Shown here piece after piece: positions 54,801 to 64,000 of a DNA stretch of 64,000 nucleotides. The position numbers and the translations under genes are program-made. The notes under the pieces were generated by a model, which was not told the DNA's origin, searched no databases, and was given only the letters and a program-made list of their open reading frames with translations. The stretch is from contig NIVC01001639.1 of the NCBI GenBank assembly GCA_002269645.1, positions 192,202 to 256,201 on the forward strand, written 5' to 3'. This stretch comes from Macrostomum lignano (lineage: Eukaryota). Positions within the stretch are counted from its first letter, which is position 1; every line of letters starts with the position of its first letter.

Positions 54801-56370
54801 ATTCGTCGCTGTCGGAACTCGGCTTTTCTTTCACCTGTTCTTTTTCCATTTCTTCATCTTTCCATTGTATTTCGTAGCCTTGATCGCTGTCGGAACTTAG
54901 ATTCTCCGCTCTCGGTTCTTCCTGCATTCCTCTTTCGGCTTGGTAGTCGTTCGTGTCATCACGCACCTCGCAGTCGTGGTCGTTGCCGTAACTTCTACAT
55001 TCTTCTTCTTCTTTCATTTCTTTGTCTTTCATGCTCGTTTTGTCGTCATCCACTGTTGTCGATTCATAGTTGTTTTCTTCGCCGGTTTTCATCTTTTCTT
55101 CGTTGCCGATGTCGCTCTCCGCCTCCTCCCTTGTCTTGTGATTTACTTTCTTCCTGTTTTCTCTGCTGTCTCCGGTGGTCTCTTTTAATTTGATCATTTC
55201 GGTTTCATTCGTCTCTTCTGTGTTGTCAGTGTTGTCCTCGTGCGTCGTCTTCTTTTCGATCAAGCTGATGTCAAGTTCCGGGACTGTGAAGTCCATTTCC
55301 AAGTCGTCAATTGTGAACACTTGCTGTTCTTGCTGTTCATTTTCCGGTGTGTACGTGATGGCATTCGCGTATCGTGGCATTGCTTGCGTCGGCTGTCTTT
55401 GTGTGTATCTGACGTTGCGTGGCCTGTAGCCATTACTTCTGAAGCGGCCTTCGTTTCCGAAGCGGCCATCATTTCCGGAGCGGTCATTATTTCCGAAGCG
55501 TCTATCATTTCCGAAGCGTCTCATTCCTTGTTGTTGGCGATTTTGATAGTGCTGCCATGGTTTCTGCGGCTTCTGATTGTTGAATATCTGTCGCGGCTTG
55601 TCGTATCTTGTTGACCAATGAGGACAATTAATCTGATAATGTCCTTCTTGTCCGCAGTAGTAACATCTGGCTGAGGCTTGTTCATTTCGTCTTTTTTGTT
55701 CGGCGATAGCAGCTGTCTGGTGCTGCATTAACTTGTTTAGTTGCTGCGTCAGTTTCTGCACTTCATTGTTGCCTGTCGTCATTAATGGGGCACTGGCTTC
55801 CCATTGCATTCCGCAACGCAAAAGGTCTTCTTCGGTTTCGATATTTTCACGCAAAAGTCTATCCCGAAGTGACGGCTGTGCGTTGTTTATTACGTGCAGG
55901 ATGAGGTTTTGTTCACGATCCATCAATCGTTGTCTTTCTCTGGCGGCCAATTCTGCCGCTCCCAGTGGTGGTTGGTCCGCAGCTTGCAGCGGTGGCTGAT
56001 GCAGTGCCTTAATTATCTGGCGGATATCGTCCACAAAGGCGAGGAAGGATTCTGTTGCTTGCATCCTTCTGTTATGCAACTTGTGCAGCAGCACTGATCT
56101 GTTTGTGCCGCAACGGTTGAAATGCGCGCGCAGTTGAATGATTAGTGCTGGATAATTTTGCTGTGTTGCCGCATCCAGCTTGCCGTAAATTTCTCGCGCA
56201 GTACCTTGGAGAAGAGGTGGCAGCAGCTGTGCCTTCTCTGGATTTTGTAGGTTGTATTCCCTACATACCAGGTCAAAATGGTCGACAAATGTGTTAAAAT
56301 CTTTCTCCATCGAGAAAGTACCGACCGTTTCTTTGATGTCTCTGTGTACCGTTGGATTGCGCCGCGCCAT
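48874..56370 (-). CDS. Gag-Env-Pol polyprotein, 2498 aa
   Basis: Gag with CCHC knuckle CYYCGQEGHYQINC (55624-55665); hydrophobic signal WLFWIIVILLIAVVAKATA (~54461-54517); Cys-rich ectodomain with N-glycosylation sequons and furin-like RRRR (53518-53529); TM segment (~52660-52725); protease LLDSGS (~52327-52344); RT YVDD (51076-51087); RNase H TDASGTGLGAVL; integrase HHCC, DDE and GPY motifs. Confidence 0.95.
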   Translation of the reverse strand: MARRNPTVHRDIKETVGTFSMEKDFNTFVDHFDLVCREYNLQNPEKAQLLPPLLQGTAREIYGKLDAATQQNYPALIIQLRAHFNRCGTNRSVLLHKLHNRRMQATESFLAFVDDIRQIIKALHQPPLQAADQPPLGAAELAARERQRLMDREQNLILHVINNAQPSLRDRLLRENIETEEDLLRCGMQWEASAPLMTTGNNEVQKLTQQLNKLMQHQTAAIAEQKRRNEQASARCYYCGQEGHYQINCPHWSTRYDKPRQIFNNQKPQKPWQHYQNRQQQGMRRFGNDRRFGNNDRSGNDGRFGNEGRFRSNGYRPRNVRYTQRQPTQAMPRYANAITYTPENEQQEQQVFTIDDLEMDFTVPELDISLIEKKTTHEDNTDNTEETNETEMIKLKETTGDSRENRKKVNHKTREEAESDIGNEEKMKTGEENNYESTTVDDDKTSMKDKEMKEEEECRSYGNDHDCEVRDDTNDYQAERGMQEEPRAENLSSDSDQGYEIQWKDEEMEKEQVKEKPSSDSDECYEIRYKRNGEAYIQTVDYKTEKRYQTQWSETTETSEEAADEDNEITKKQSESEAFRLDQPMEQPKEYDADMEDNEWRSQPMPARTTAKSKKWKNWLFWIIVILLIAVVAKATATEKPMICPTDAHIQPMIYKIPTDIKCSYFKTNQTKPKKITLDLYKANIKKHRQHGIVCFRDKHLVEKVWRGQWNRIRFKQHELHVSHAECLQWNQTLFSKDGELEPDEKVGNAQLFRTKNSANGRYIHFFGKWKEYMARNSYLIRNIPFYYNPYEKMESLQLQLSECRYSEGWCPTPILRKEELHSLPLSPTYHQDYRWQIEHRAQSHYEEPYKSRQYFFAWEVEPEIDCKLQKYHTVEGGLLSNTFLAKSGDLALTFQKKPVEQKLKCKDTDKTLFISEQEIPVYVKDEDKQTFLAIINGTYQQQEKQNRRRRDIERPKLVSNRLLSAKITALDHNLHNQLNHLHRTLVQLTCKMHAINLNYARQNYYVNPTMTFRKITGMTNVLAVPIYEHLLIYKCTPIQHFNILPSNTSTTCYDKPRIEAFYEGKRIQGFLDTVHNIIVGTAIPRPCTTAVNYYQLDNALHVIKTTGTTANVTEPEVIVDENYDMEDLKIRFNRTKYTPFADIQLDEITPGWTINDFLQAFITQRKMIHQLFTRKDKGTGTGRFPVLVSMDSAIKSFWTNSFWELLNGRGSLYQGFIFYGACIVWIVTAIFIISSIVRCFSQTCPRAKKTVNAIMQRTTTESDNSLELTETAHCEVQGQPTLATRLYPSIPTTPTAPRIQPPNYQAEQHEPKWPENYVCTLHAEIGKAMAQVIVNNLPCRALLDSGSSITVISQQLCNKLRLAVRPAAIAVAGAGGHSLNILGKADIDLKIANKQLTVPTYIIDRLPNQDVIVGIDTFKQLQLPLTFDFNKQTFRIDTVEQPLINQIRVLPKVTLQQDVIIQPESACWVRAKTTSAADEAMIFDPHRRVTAKHQIMMPTALVLVAKDKQLPVQIFNPNTETVHLRQGMCIGHLNTQASVMLIEQATPRLTEEEFQKKINLDDSPITEQQKRKVRQLLWKYNEAFCHHDYDIGRAKDIKQEIKLLPHTEPIQCKPYPIAKHLQQHFDEIIDKMLKHGIISKAISAYSSPCLLVQKKETNERRLVCDFRLLNKYIPTDQQSLPKISELLAKLNTAKLFTVFDLRHGFWQIEIEKESRQYTAFKTYNGQVYEYNRSPMGLSNSPATMSRLTAYMLAGCTNLLHYVDDILAYGEDFERLYEATEKALALIQRQGLKLQPTKCKFFRDNVRYLGHQVTAKGISPDPDNVEKVKKFPTPTSITKVQSFLGLAQYFRKFLPNFAKTAKPLYDLLKFDKWKQDNWTQRQQESFDEIKRQLTSDALLQHPDFDKPFIIETDASGTGLGAVLLQETEDKKERPIAYVSRALKPNETKWSATERELLGVLFALRQFHYYIYGSPIQTIVRTDHAPLTYVVTTKGQTNNRLIRMTLKIQDYNYKLVYKPGITNKAADALSRAYEVNAIHPIPNIKELVDETERDNFYQAVKDDDKNIKLSPMERKFLRKQRQHLTINKSRLYWMSDNKPKIYIPYSFRQAILNELHDNPLAGHLSAAKTIARVEQYYFWPTMYGDIKQYCNNCHSCAASKTGRRQKPQLQSIPKSTTMDCLSIDITGPLPPSCLQGIAYTYILTALDIFSKFAIAIPIPDITAQTVAMSFFNEIICKYGTPKNLTSDNGSQFTSQLFQQVVRILNITQIYTSTYNPKANMVERFHRNLHEMITHFAHQQPEDWIIYLQSVTMAYNSAIHRSTDNTPFFLMFGRDFQPPNLLAQQLLPSQYVEVPTSIQKFVTQLHLAWKIAKHNIDNQVALTTGNDARSTTLTAGDIVYLHYPPQQTHKHAQKYKGPYRVVQLTSPTTARLANVQDPHQHQFYVHIHRLKKINTDTATFLPTLDNADRTRSTNRHIATKHEETQTTDVSQPHGYNLRPR

Positions 56371-57066
56371 GTTGTTGATAGGGTAGAACGGTAGTTCAAG
56401 ATCTGGATCGATTTGTAACGGATCGTCCAGTGTGGTGTTTGCCTCGGAATAAACCTCGACTGTAACGAATTGCCTTGTGGTGTCGATTTGTTATTCGCTG
56501 GCCTCGGATGCGGTGTGGCTTGCTGCCACTGGTTGTCCTCAAATGAACTTGTTCTGTTCGCTTGCTGATTTCGCACTTATGCGGCGTCCCGCAAAGTGTA
56601 TCTTCAAGTTGAAGTGGACTTGTCTTCTTGCTTTGCAAAGTCTTTCTTCTCTTCTTTGACTCTCTCTCTTTTGTCAATTAACTCTGCTCTCCACGAAGTT
56701 TCAATTAATTTCGGTTTTGTTTTAGTTTTTGTGCCGGCAAAATGTTTCAGTTATTTTTTGTTTGTTTTGCGTCGACGATTCTTTTTATTTTTGGTTTGTT
56801 TTCAGTGTACCGACGAAGTTAATTTCGGTTTTGTTTTAAACTCACACTTGCTCGAGCTCGTCAAAACAAAATTTTAACACGCGTGCTCAAACTGTACTCA
56901 AATTTGACAGGTGCTCAAACCTGTACACCAAATTTTACTCGAGTTTCAAAACGTAACGGACTTAAAAAGTGTTAACTCTAACACGTGCGCGCAAAATTAA
57001 TGAAGTCGCTCTGTCGTCACTTTACAATAGCTTGGCCAGGCTATTGCTCAAGGTTTGAGTAGTGCC

Positions 57067-57084
57067 GAGAGGGCGAGATCACCA
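57067..57084 (-). other. Primer-binding site TGGTGATCTCGCCCTCTC (tRNA-Trp-like by its TGGTGA start; assignment tentative)
   Basis: TGG begins 2 nt after the 5' LTR on the element strand. Confidence 0.75.
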
Positions 57085-57086
57085 AT

Positions 57087-57950
57087 TGATGTGTTCCTTA
57101 TTACCCGACTTTCGATAATCAAGGAACAATCACTTCTAGCTCAACAGCTAGGCAACCCAGTAAGTCAAACGAAGGTATTCAATTACCTTTAATCCGGATT
57201 TGAATTTCTTGAGTAGTTCTCGCTAGGAACTTGTCAGTAGATCTCGTAGATCAGGCGCCTTGATTCTTCAGTTGCTCTGGTCCTGGTTCCTCTTGTACTT
57301 CCGATAAGTTCTTCCGGCCGGTATCTTCCGTCAGGACCAATCAGAGGCCTCGTAGCAACAATGGGTACCCTGCGCCAAACTGCGGTCTAAATTAAGCCTC
57401 CTTCTTCTAGCAGTGCCTCTATGCACTCTAGGTATAGCTCCGGAAACCACTGATAGTCCTCTAAGATCTATCAGGGGCAGTCCTTCTGGAGACTGCAACC
57501 AATGGAGTCTAAACAGACTCAAGAGTCTCAACAGACTCAATTAGACTCAAGTCTCAATAGACTTGAGCGAGACGTCTCTAACACAACGGGCGCAAATAAG
57601 GAAGGCTTACCGCAACAACTCGACCGAGTCTCGATTGACTTGGTAGATCAGGAAGTCCTCCTAAGGCTTCCTCTTCGGAGCGCTCCTCTTCCGTGGGGAG
57701 AATGGCTCCGGTACCGCTTCAGATCGCTTGTATTTATAGACAAGTTTTTGATCCAAAATAGTATCATGACAATTCACGTGTTGCGCTAAAAGGGGAAAAT
57801 GGCTCATGGCGTATTATTCTGGTAACATCTTTTTCTGGTAGCGTGATTCATTCAAAGCTTAGGCGCACATGCGTGTACTTACTTACTTATAGTAGTATTA
57901 TACGATTATCTTCTTTTTTCCTTTTTTAACGGGAGGTAGAACACTCTACA
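57087..57950 (-). repeat. 5' LTR (864 bp)
   Basis: Reads TGTAGAGTG...CACATCA on the element strand; repeat of 46276-47139. Confidence 0.97.
57732..57738 (-). promoter_or_regulatory. Candidate LTR TATA box (TATAAAT)
   Basis: Motif ~210 nt into the 5' LTR on the element strand; positional plausibility only. Confidence 0.4.
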
Positions 57951-58696
57951 ATATATAGCGCCTGCGGCACCAAACACGAGTTCCTGCAGCGCAAAAAATG
58001 CCTGCGACGCCAAATGAGCGCTGACAACACCGATTCTAAAAATAATGTAAAATGTTAAAATGTATAATTCTTGCGGCTTAATTTGTTCCCCACCATAAAA
58101 TCAATCTTGTGACGCCCCTGCCACAACAGTACATGTAACTCACAAACCTTCTGTCGTAAATGCACATGCAAGTCGTATATAGCCAGTAGAAGTGACTAAA
58201 AAGAGAATCAAAGTTGTAGATGGGGTTGGTACATGTTTGTTAGCCCGACAAACGACGAGAGTGTAGGCCTGAAGCCATAACCATGCCTAGACTCATTCGT
58301 CTTTTTCTCTTTTGATTTCCATTTACCTTAAGATATTGAGTTTAAATACTTTTAGTATTTTTAACATTAATTTACTTGCACTTCTTATTCATACAGCGAA
58401 AATATTTTTACTTCCTTTTAAATATTAGTTGACGTATGCTCCGGTATCTGAGGCTTACTCTATGTTTCAAGTAAATAATTGTCGTAAAACACGAAAATGT
58501 TCATGTATTACTACCACATTAAAGACAGTGTTGCCTAGCCAATCAACAGCCGCCATGCAAAACACGCTACGAATTTCAACTTAAATGCGTCAACCGAAAG
58601 AAATCTAGATATTTCTTTACCAATTCCCCTCCTCGTATTTTGCGCTAGTGTGTTGTCCTGTTAAAACTATATTTTGATTGAAATTCTTACGTTAAT

Positions 58697-60469
58697 ATGT
58701 GGCTGTCGAGCTTTTTGGCATTTGCTCTGCTTGCTCTCGCATGCGGTGAAGTTTACTTCAAGGAGGAGTTTTTAGATGGTAAGTTAGTTCTCGCTCTGAC
58801 GTTTATTTTGTTTAGATTCTCAAATTCCCTTGTGTTGCTGCAATACTAGAATAGGGCATTGTCTTGTTGGTTTTCTTCATTTCAACCATATCAGAATATT
58901 AAAGTAACTAAAAATAGTATTGAAATCATTCCATTCTTTTTAACTTTGCACATTCAAGCAGTTAAAATAACCCCCTTGTGTTAGCTTTGCATTTTGTTCT
59001 AAAAGAATAAACTGTGGTTACTGGTTTACTTTTTTATAGTTTTTGAAAGATAATTCATTAAAAAGGCTTCTATTATTGAGTATGAGAGAGAAAGGAAGTA
59101 TAGGTTTCTAGCTAGCTACTTTAATTTAATTGTAACATATTATAAGATTGTTTTATAACTTCACAATTTTTTTGTTTCCTTAAAGACTATTTGTATATAT
59201 ATATATTGCCTATCTTTACATTTTTCTATGTTTCTCCTAATGTAAAATCCTTTGATTTAAATATTTATTTTTTTCTTTTAATTTTAATTATATGCTTTGC
59301 TAATTTGTCTTCACAAAATATTTATTTCAGAGTCATGGAAGGATCGGTGGGTAGAGTCAACCTACAAGGGTAATGACCAAGGCAAATGGGAATGGACTGC
59401 TGGCAAGTTCTACAATGATGCTGAAAAGGACAAGGGAATAAAAACCTCCCAGGATGCCAAATTTTATGGCATCAGTGCCAAGTTCAACTCTCCATTCTCC
59501 AATGCTGGCAAGACTCTGGTGATCCAATTCCAGGTCAAGCATGAGCAGAACATTGACTGCGGTGGTGGCTATGTCAAAGTCCTTGGCAGCGATGTTGACC
59601 AGAAGAACTTCCACGGCGACACACCCTACAAGATCATGTTTGGTCCTGATATCTGCGGCCCTGGCACTAAGAAGGTGCACGTTATCTTCAACTACAAGGG
59701 CAAGAATTTGCTCACCAAGAAGGAGATTCGCTGCAAGGATGACGAGCTAAGCCACCTGTACACCCTGATTGTGAAGCCTGACAACACCTACGAGGTGCTG
59801 ATTGACAACGAGCGAGCCGAAGGTGGAGAACTCGAGGCCGACTGGGACTTCCTGCCACCCAAGAAGATCAAGGATCCGGCCGCCAAGAAGCCAGACGACT
59901 GGGACGAGCGCGAGAAAATTGACGACCCGAACGACAAGAAGCCGGAGGACTGGGACAAGCCCAAGACCATCCCGGATCCCAAGGCCAAGAAGCCGGACGA
60001 CTGGGACGACGAGATGGACGGCGAATGGGAGCCGCCGATGATTGACAACCCGGACTACAAGGGCGACTGGAAGCCCAAGCAGATTGACAACCCGGCCTAC
60101 AAGGGCAAGTGGATCCACCCGGAGATTGACAACCCGGACTACTCGCCGGACCCCGAGCTGTACAAGTACACCGACATCGGCGCCATCGGCTTCGACCTGT
60201 GGCAGGTGAAATCTGGCTCCATCTTCGACAACGTCTTCGTTGGCGACGACCCGGCCGAGGCCAAGGCCTTCGCCGACGAGACCTTCAAGAAGACCGTCGA
60301 AGGCGAGAAGAAGATGAAGGAGAAGCAGGACGAGGAGGACAAGAAGAAGGCGGAGGAAGAGGAGAAGAAGCGCAAAGAGGAGGAGGAGAAGAAGAAGGCC
60401 GAGGAGGGCGACAAGAAGGAAGCGGACAAGAAGGAGGACGACAAGAAGGACACCAAGGACGAGCTGTAG
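58697..60469 (+). CDS. CALR: Calreticulin, 406 aa; exons 58697-58778 and 59331-60469
   Basis: Signal peptide MWLSSFLAFALLALACG, then EVYFKEEF. Motifs KHEQNIDCGGGYVK and IMFGPDICG; P-domain repeats (KPDDWD, GEWEPPMIDNPDYKG); acidic tail ending KDEL; phase-1 GT-AG intron. Confidence 0.97.
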
Positions 60470-62469
60470 AGAGCGGCTTCCGTTGCCTAGGGCCTCTGTA
60501 TTTGCGGTTGGGCGGCTGGCACTCCAACTAGTTTATAAATAGTTCTTAAATTTCAATTTCGAGCTCACGCAACAAAATTTTGGCTGAATAAATTGACACG
60601 CAAAACGGCATTTCCAGCGGCCCCGTGCAACTGCAACTCCCTCTGTCTGCTTTCCTGTGTCGAATAGCCATCTCTCTCTCGTACCGCACAATATTTGTCC
60701 CTATCCCGGCATAGATGTGGTAGAACTAATTACACCTGGTGGATCAGCTATTATCTATCGTTGTTATTAATAATACTCCCAATATAGTAAGTAGCTAGAC
60801 TTAATTAACGTTGCTTAATGATTTTTTACTCCTTTTCTCTCCATCCAGCGGACATTTTGTCACTCTGAGCCCCGACTGCTTGTTAGTTAAAAAGGGAAAG
60901 TTTTTTATACGTTCATTATTGTTATTTATTTGTTAGAATGATTCTAATTAATACACGCTTAAGCCTAATTTTTTGCACACATTTTTTGGTTGCAATCGGA
61001 GGCACAAGTTTCCATGCTTCACAATATAAAACCATAATTGCCACACTGATCCCAGGCCCATGCGCAATAATTGTGCCAATGCTAACCAAAATAAATGCCA
61101 TCCCGTTTAAAACTGGGTCTAGTAATAGCCATATTATTATATAGTAGCGCCCAGTCAACCAGGGGCTGCAATAATTACTTTTCTTATTTGTAATATTGAA
61201 ATCTATCGGAACTCACCCAGTGTCTTTGTTTGGCCACAACAAACCCCGCAATGATTTGTTTAAAACTTCCCGCTCCTTGCTCTGGTGTCATTTAAATAAA
61301 CCCAACCTTCTGTCTGTTTCCTTCGATTATATATCGACTATTTATGTTGTCACGTTGAGTAAATATATAATATCTCTGTTTTTTGGAACTCATTCTGTTA
61401 TGCGAAACTATGCTAAATAATAAATAAATAAATATGGAATGTTTAGAACAAATTAACTATGTTCAAAGATCTTACATACACAATCTCAAAGGTAATATAT
61501 GATATAATATATGAGTAATTATGTTATAGTCTAATTAGCGCGCAAAACAGCTATAAAGTGCTTGTAAACTACTGATCTCGAATTTGTCAGTAGTCTTGCC
61601 GCAACTTTTATTTCTACCAGATATCATCACTGGTTCTAGCTCGTAATACATGTAGCTTTACATGAAAAGACGAAGCAGAACTCTGAAAATTAGTGCTATT
61701 TTCGTGAAGTCAAAGAAAAAAGACTCGAATGAACTGCAACTATTTATTCTCTACTAATAGTAGAGCTTATAGAACCGCGTTTAGCAAACAAAATTGTTGA
61801 AACTGTTGGAATGCAGCTCAATCTTAGTGGTCCTACGTGTGCTGTGCATGTACAGTATGTGCTGGTCCGATCTATTTATAAAGACCAAGTTTCAAATTTG
61901 CATAAGAGAAAAAAGCACAGCAATTCTTCTTTCGGCAAAAAAGACGGCCAAGTCCGCGAAACTAAACTGTGCCAATTGCAAGTCATTCCAAGGCAAACAA
62001 CATTTTATTGGCACACTTTACAGCCTAAATTTATCCATTCTGATTCTCTCGCCGTCTGTCTCCTGTCAGCTCTAATTCACAGAAGTGTAGTGTGCAGGTG
62101 CAGGTGCGTTCATAAACTCAACTCTTGACACGCCTAAAAGGGGGCGGTTGTGCGCGAGTACGTGCGTCTACGAATACGTTACAGATTCATTATATGCAGA
62201 GAAATGCTAAAAAGCGAAACAGAAAAACACCCGAACACCGAGACAGCTATAAGCTCTATTTGCGCTTATAAACAGCTCGTCCTGTCTGCACACCAACTAT
62301 TAGCTAAAGTGTCAACTTTACTCTCCGTGGGTCTCTCAGTTAAACTGCAGAACTTTGATATACACCTATAACAGCACTGCTTAGTTGCTCAGCGACCTCC
62401 GAGTGTGACCCGATGCTGACCGACAGATCGATGTGAGTTCGTTTATAATACACAATTTTTTATTCCCCT

Positions 62470-64000
62470 TACAGGTGTATGTTTGATTCCCATGCAGATA
62501 TTTTGTTTACCCTGCAGATATCTGTTTGATTCCGCTGCAGATTAGCTGTTTGATTCCGCTGAGATAGCTGTTTGATTCCCCTACAGATATCTGTTTGATT
62601 CCCCTTACAGATATCTGTTTGATTCCCTTACAGATATCTGCTTGATTCCCCTACAGATATCTGCTTGATTCCGCTGCAGATATCTGCTTGATTCCCCTAC
62701 AGATATCTGTTTGATTCCCTCAGATATCTGTTTGATTCCCTACAGATATCTGTTTGATTCCCTACAGATATCTGTTTGATTCCCTACAGATATCTGTTTG
62801 ATTCCGCTGCAGATATCTGCTTGATTCCCTACAGATATCTGTTTGATTCCCCTACAGATATCTGCTTGATTCCGCTGCAGATATCTGTTTGATTCCCCTA
62901 CAGATATCTGCTTGATTCCGCTGCAGATATCTGTTTGATTCCCCTACAGATATCTGTTTGATTCCGCTGCAGATATCTGTTTGATTCCCTTACAGATATC
63001 TGCTTGATTCCGCTGCAGATATCTGTTTGATTCCCCTACAGATATCTGTTTGATATCTCTACAGATATCTGTTTGATTCCCTACAGATATCTGCTTGATT
63101 CCCTACAGATATCTGTTTGATTCCGCTGCAGATATCTGTTGATTCCCTACAGATATCTGTTTGATTCCCCTTACAGATATCTGCTGATTCCGCTGCAGAT
63201 ATCTGCTTGATTCCCCTACAGATATCTGCTTGATTCCCGCTACAGATATCTGTTGATTCCCTACAGATATCTGTTTGATTCCGCTGCAGATATCTGTTTG
63301 ATTCCCCTTACAGATATCTGCTTGATTCCCTACAGATATCTGTTTTGATTCCCCTACAGATATCTGCTTGATTCCCCTACAGATATCTGTTTGATTCCCT
63401 ACAGATATCTGTTTGATTCCCCTACAGATATCTCTCTGTTTGATTCCCCTACAGATATCTGTTTGATTCCCCTACAGATATCTGTTTGATTCCCCTACAG
63501 ATATCTGTTTGATTCCCCTACAGATATCTGTTTGATTCCCCTACAGATATCTGTTTGATTCCCCTACAGATATCTGTTTGATTCCCCTACAGATATCTGT
63601 TTGATTCCCCTACAGATATCTGTTTGATTCCCCTACAGATATCTGTTTGATTCCCCTACAGATATCTGTTTGATTCCCCTACAGATATCTGTTTGATTCC
63701 CTACAGATATCTGTTTGATTCCCCTACAGATATCTGTTTTGATTCCCCTACAGATATCTGTTTGATTCCCCTACAGATATCTGTTTGATTCCCCTACAGA
63801 TATCTGTTTGATTCCCCTACAGATATCTGTTTGATTCCCCTACAGATATCTGTTTGATTCCCCTACAGATATCTGTTTGATTCCCCTACAGATATCTGTT
63901 TGATTTCCCCTACAGATATCTGTTTGATTCCCCTACAGATATCTGTTTGATTCCCCTACAGATATCTGTTTGATTCCCTACAGATATCTGTTTGATTCCC
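62470..64000. repeat. ~24-bp satellite (CAGATATCTGTTTGATTCCCCTA)n running off the window end
   Basis: Tandem units with the palindromic core CAGATATCTG. Confidence 0.95.

Larger units (their letters stand above)
46276..57950 (-). mobile_element. Full-length Ty3/Gypsy (Metaviridae) LTR retroelement with env and accessory RING genes
   Basis: Two 864-bp TG...CA LTRs; 4-bp TSD ATAT (46272-46275 and 57951-57954); PBS; PPT; uninterrupted 2498-aa polyprotein with PR-RT-RH-IN order. Confidence 0.97.

Noticed and set aside
59357-60531. Alternative-frame and antisense ORFs over calreticulin
   Set aside because: By-products of GC-rich codon usage and the acidic, low-complexity tail of CALR.

Overview
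Animal genomic DNA with GC-rich spliced exons and introns packed with micro- and minisatellites. The style suggests a free-living flatworm such as Macrostomum, but that is inference. I assembled five host genes by hand from splice sites and reading frames: ABAT (minus strand, 8 exons, 496 aa); a kettin/titin-like protein with 5 Ig domains and a ~775-codon Gln-rich last exon; ACTR10 (6 exons, 430 aa); the 3' end of a POC1-like gene with no visible WD40 exons; and calreticulin (406 aa, ends KDEL). Mobile DNA includes an internally deleted THAP/P-like DNA transposon, a tRNA-derived SINE family, hAT-type MITEs and two foldback-like elements. The standout is an intact, apparently young 11.7-kb Ty3/Gypsy LTR element at 46276-57950 (minus strand; 864-bp LTRs, ATAT target-site duplication, PBS, PPT). 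Its single 2498-aa ORF runs Gag, acidic spacer, signal peptide/Env glycoprotein/TM, a cluster of three ESCRT late-domain motifs (LYPSI, PTAP, PPNY), then PR-RT-RNaseH-IN. Env therefore lies between Gag and Pol. Two paralogous double-RING accessory genes follow pol, and one starts with a myristoylation motif (MGNALS). This looks like an enveloped endogenous retrovirus-like system with an unusual genome layout.
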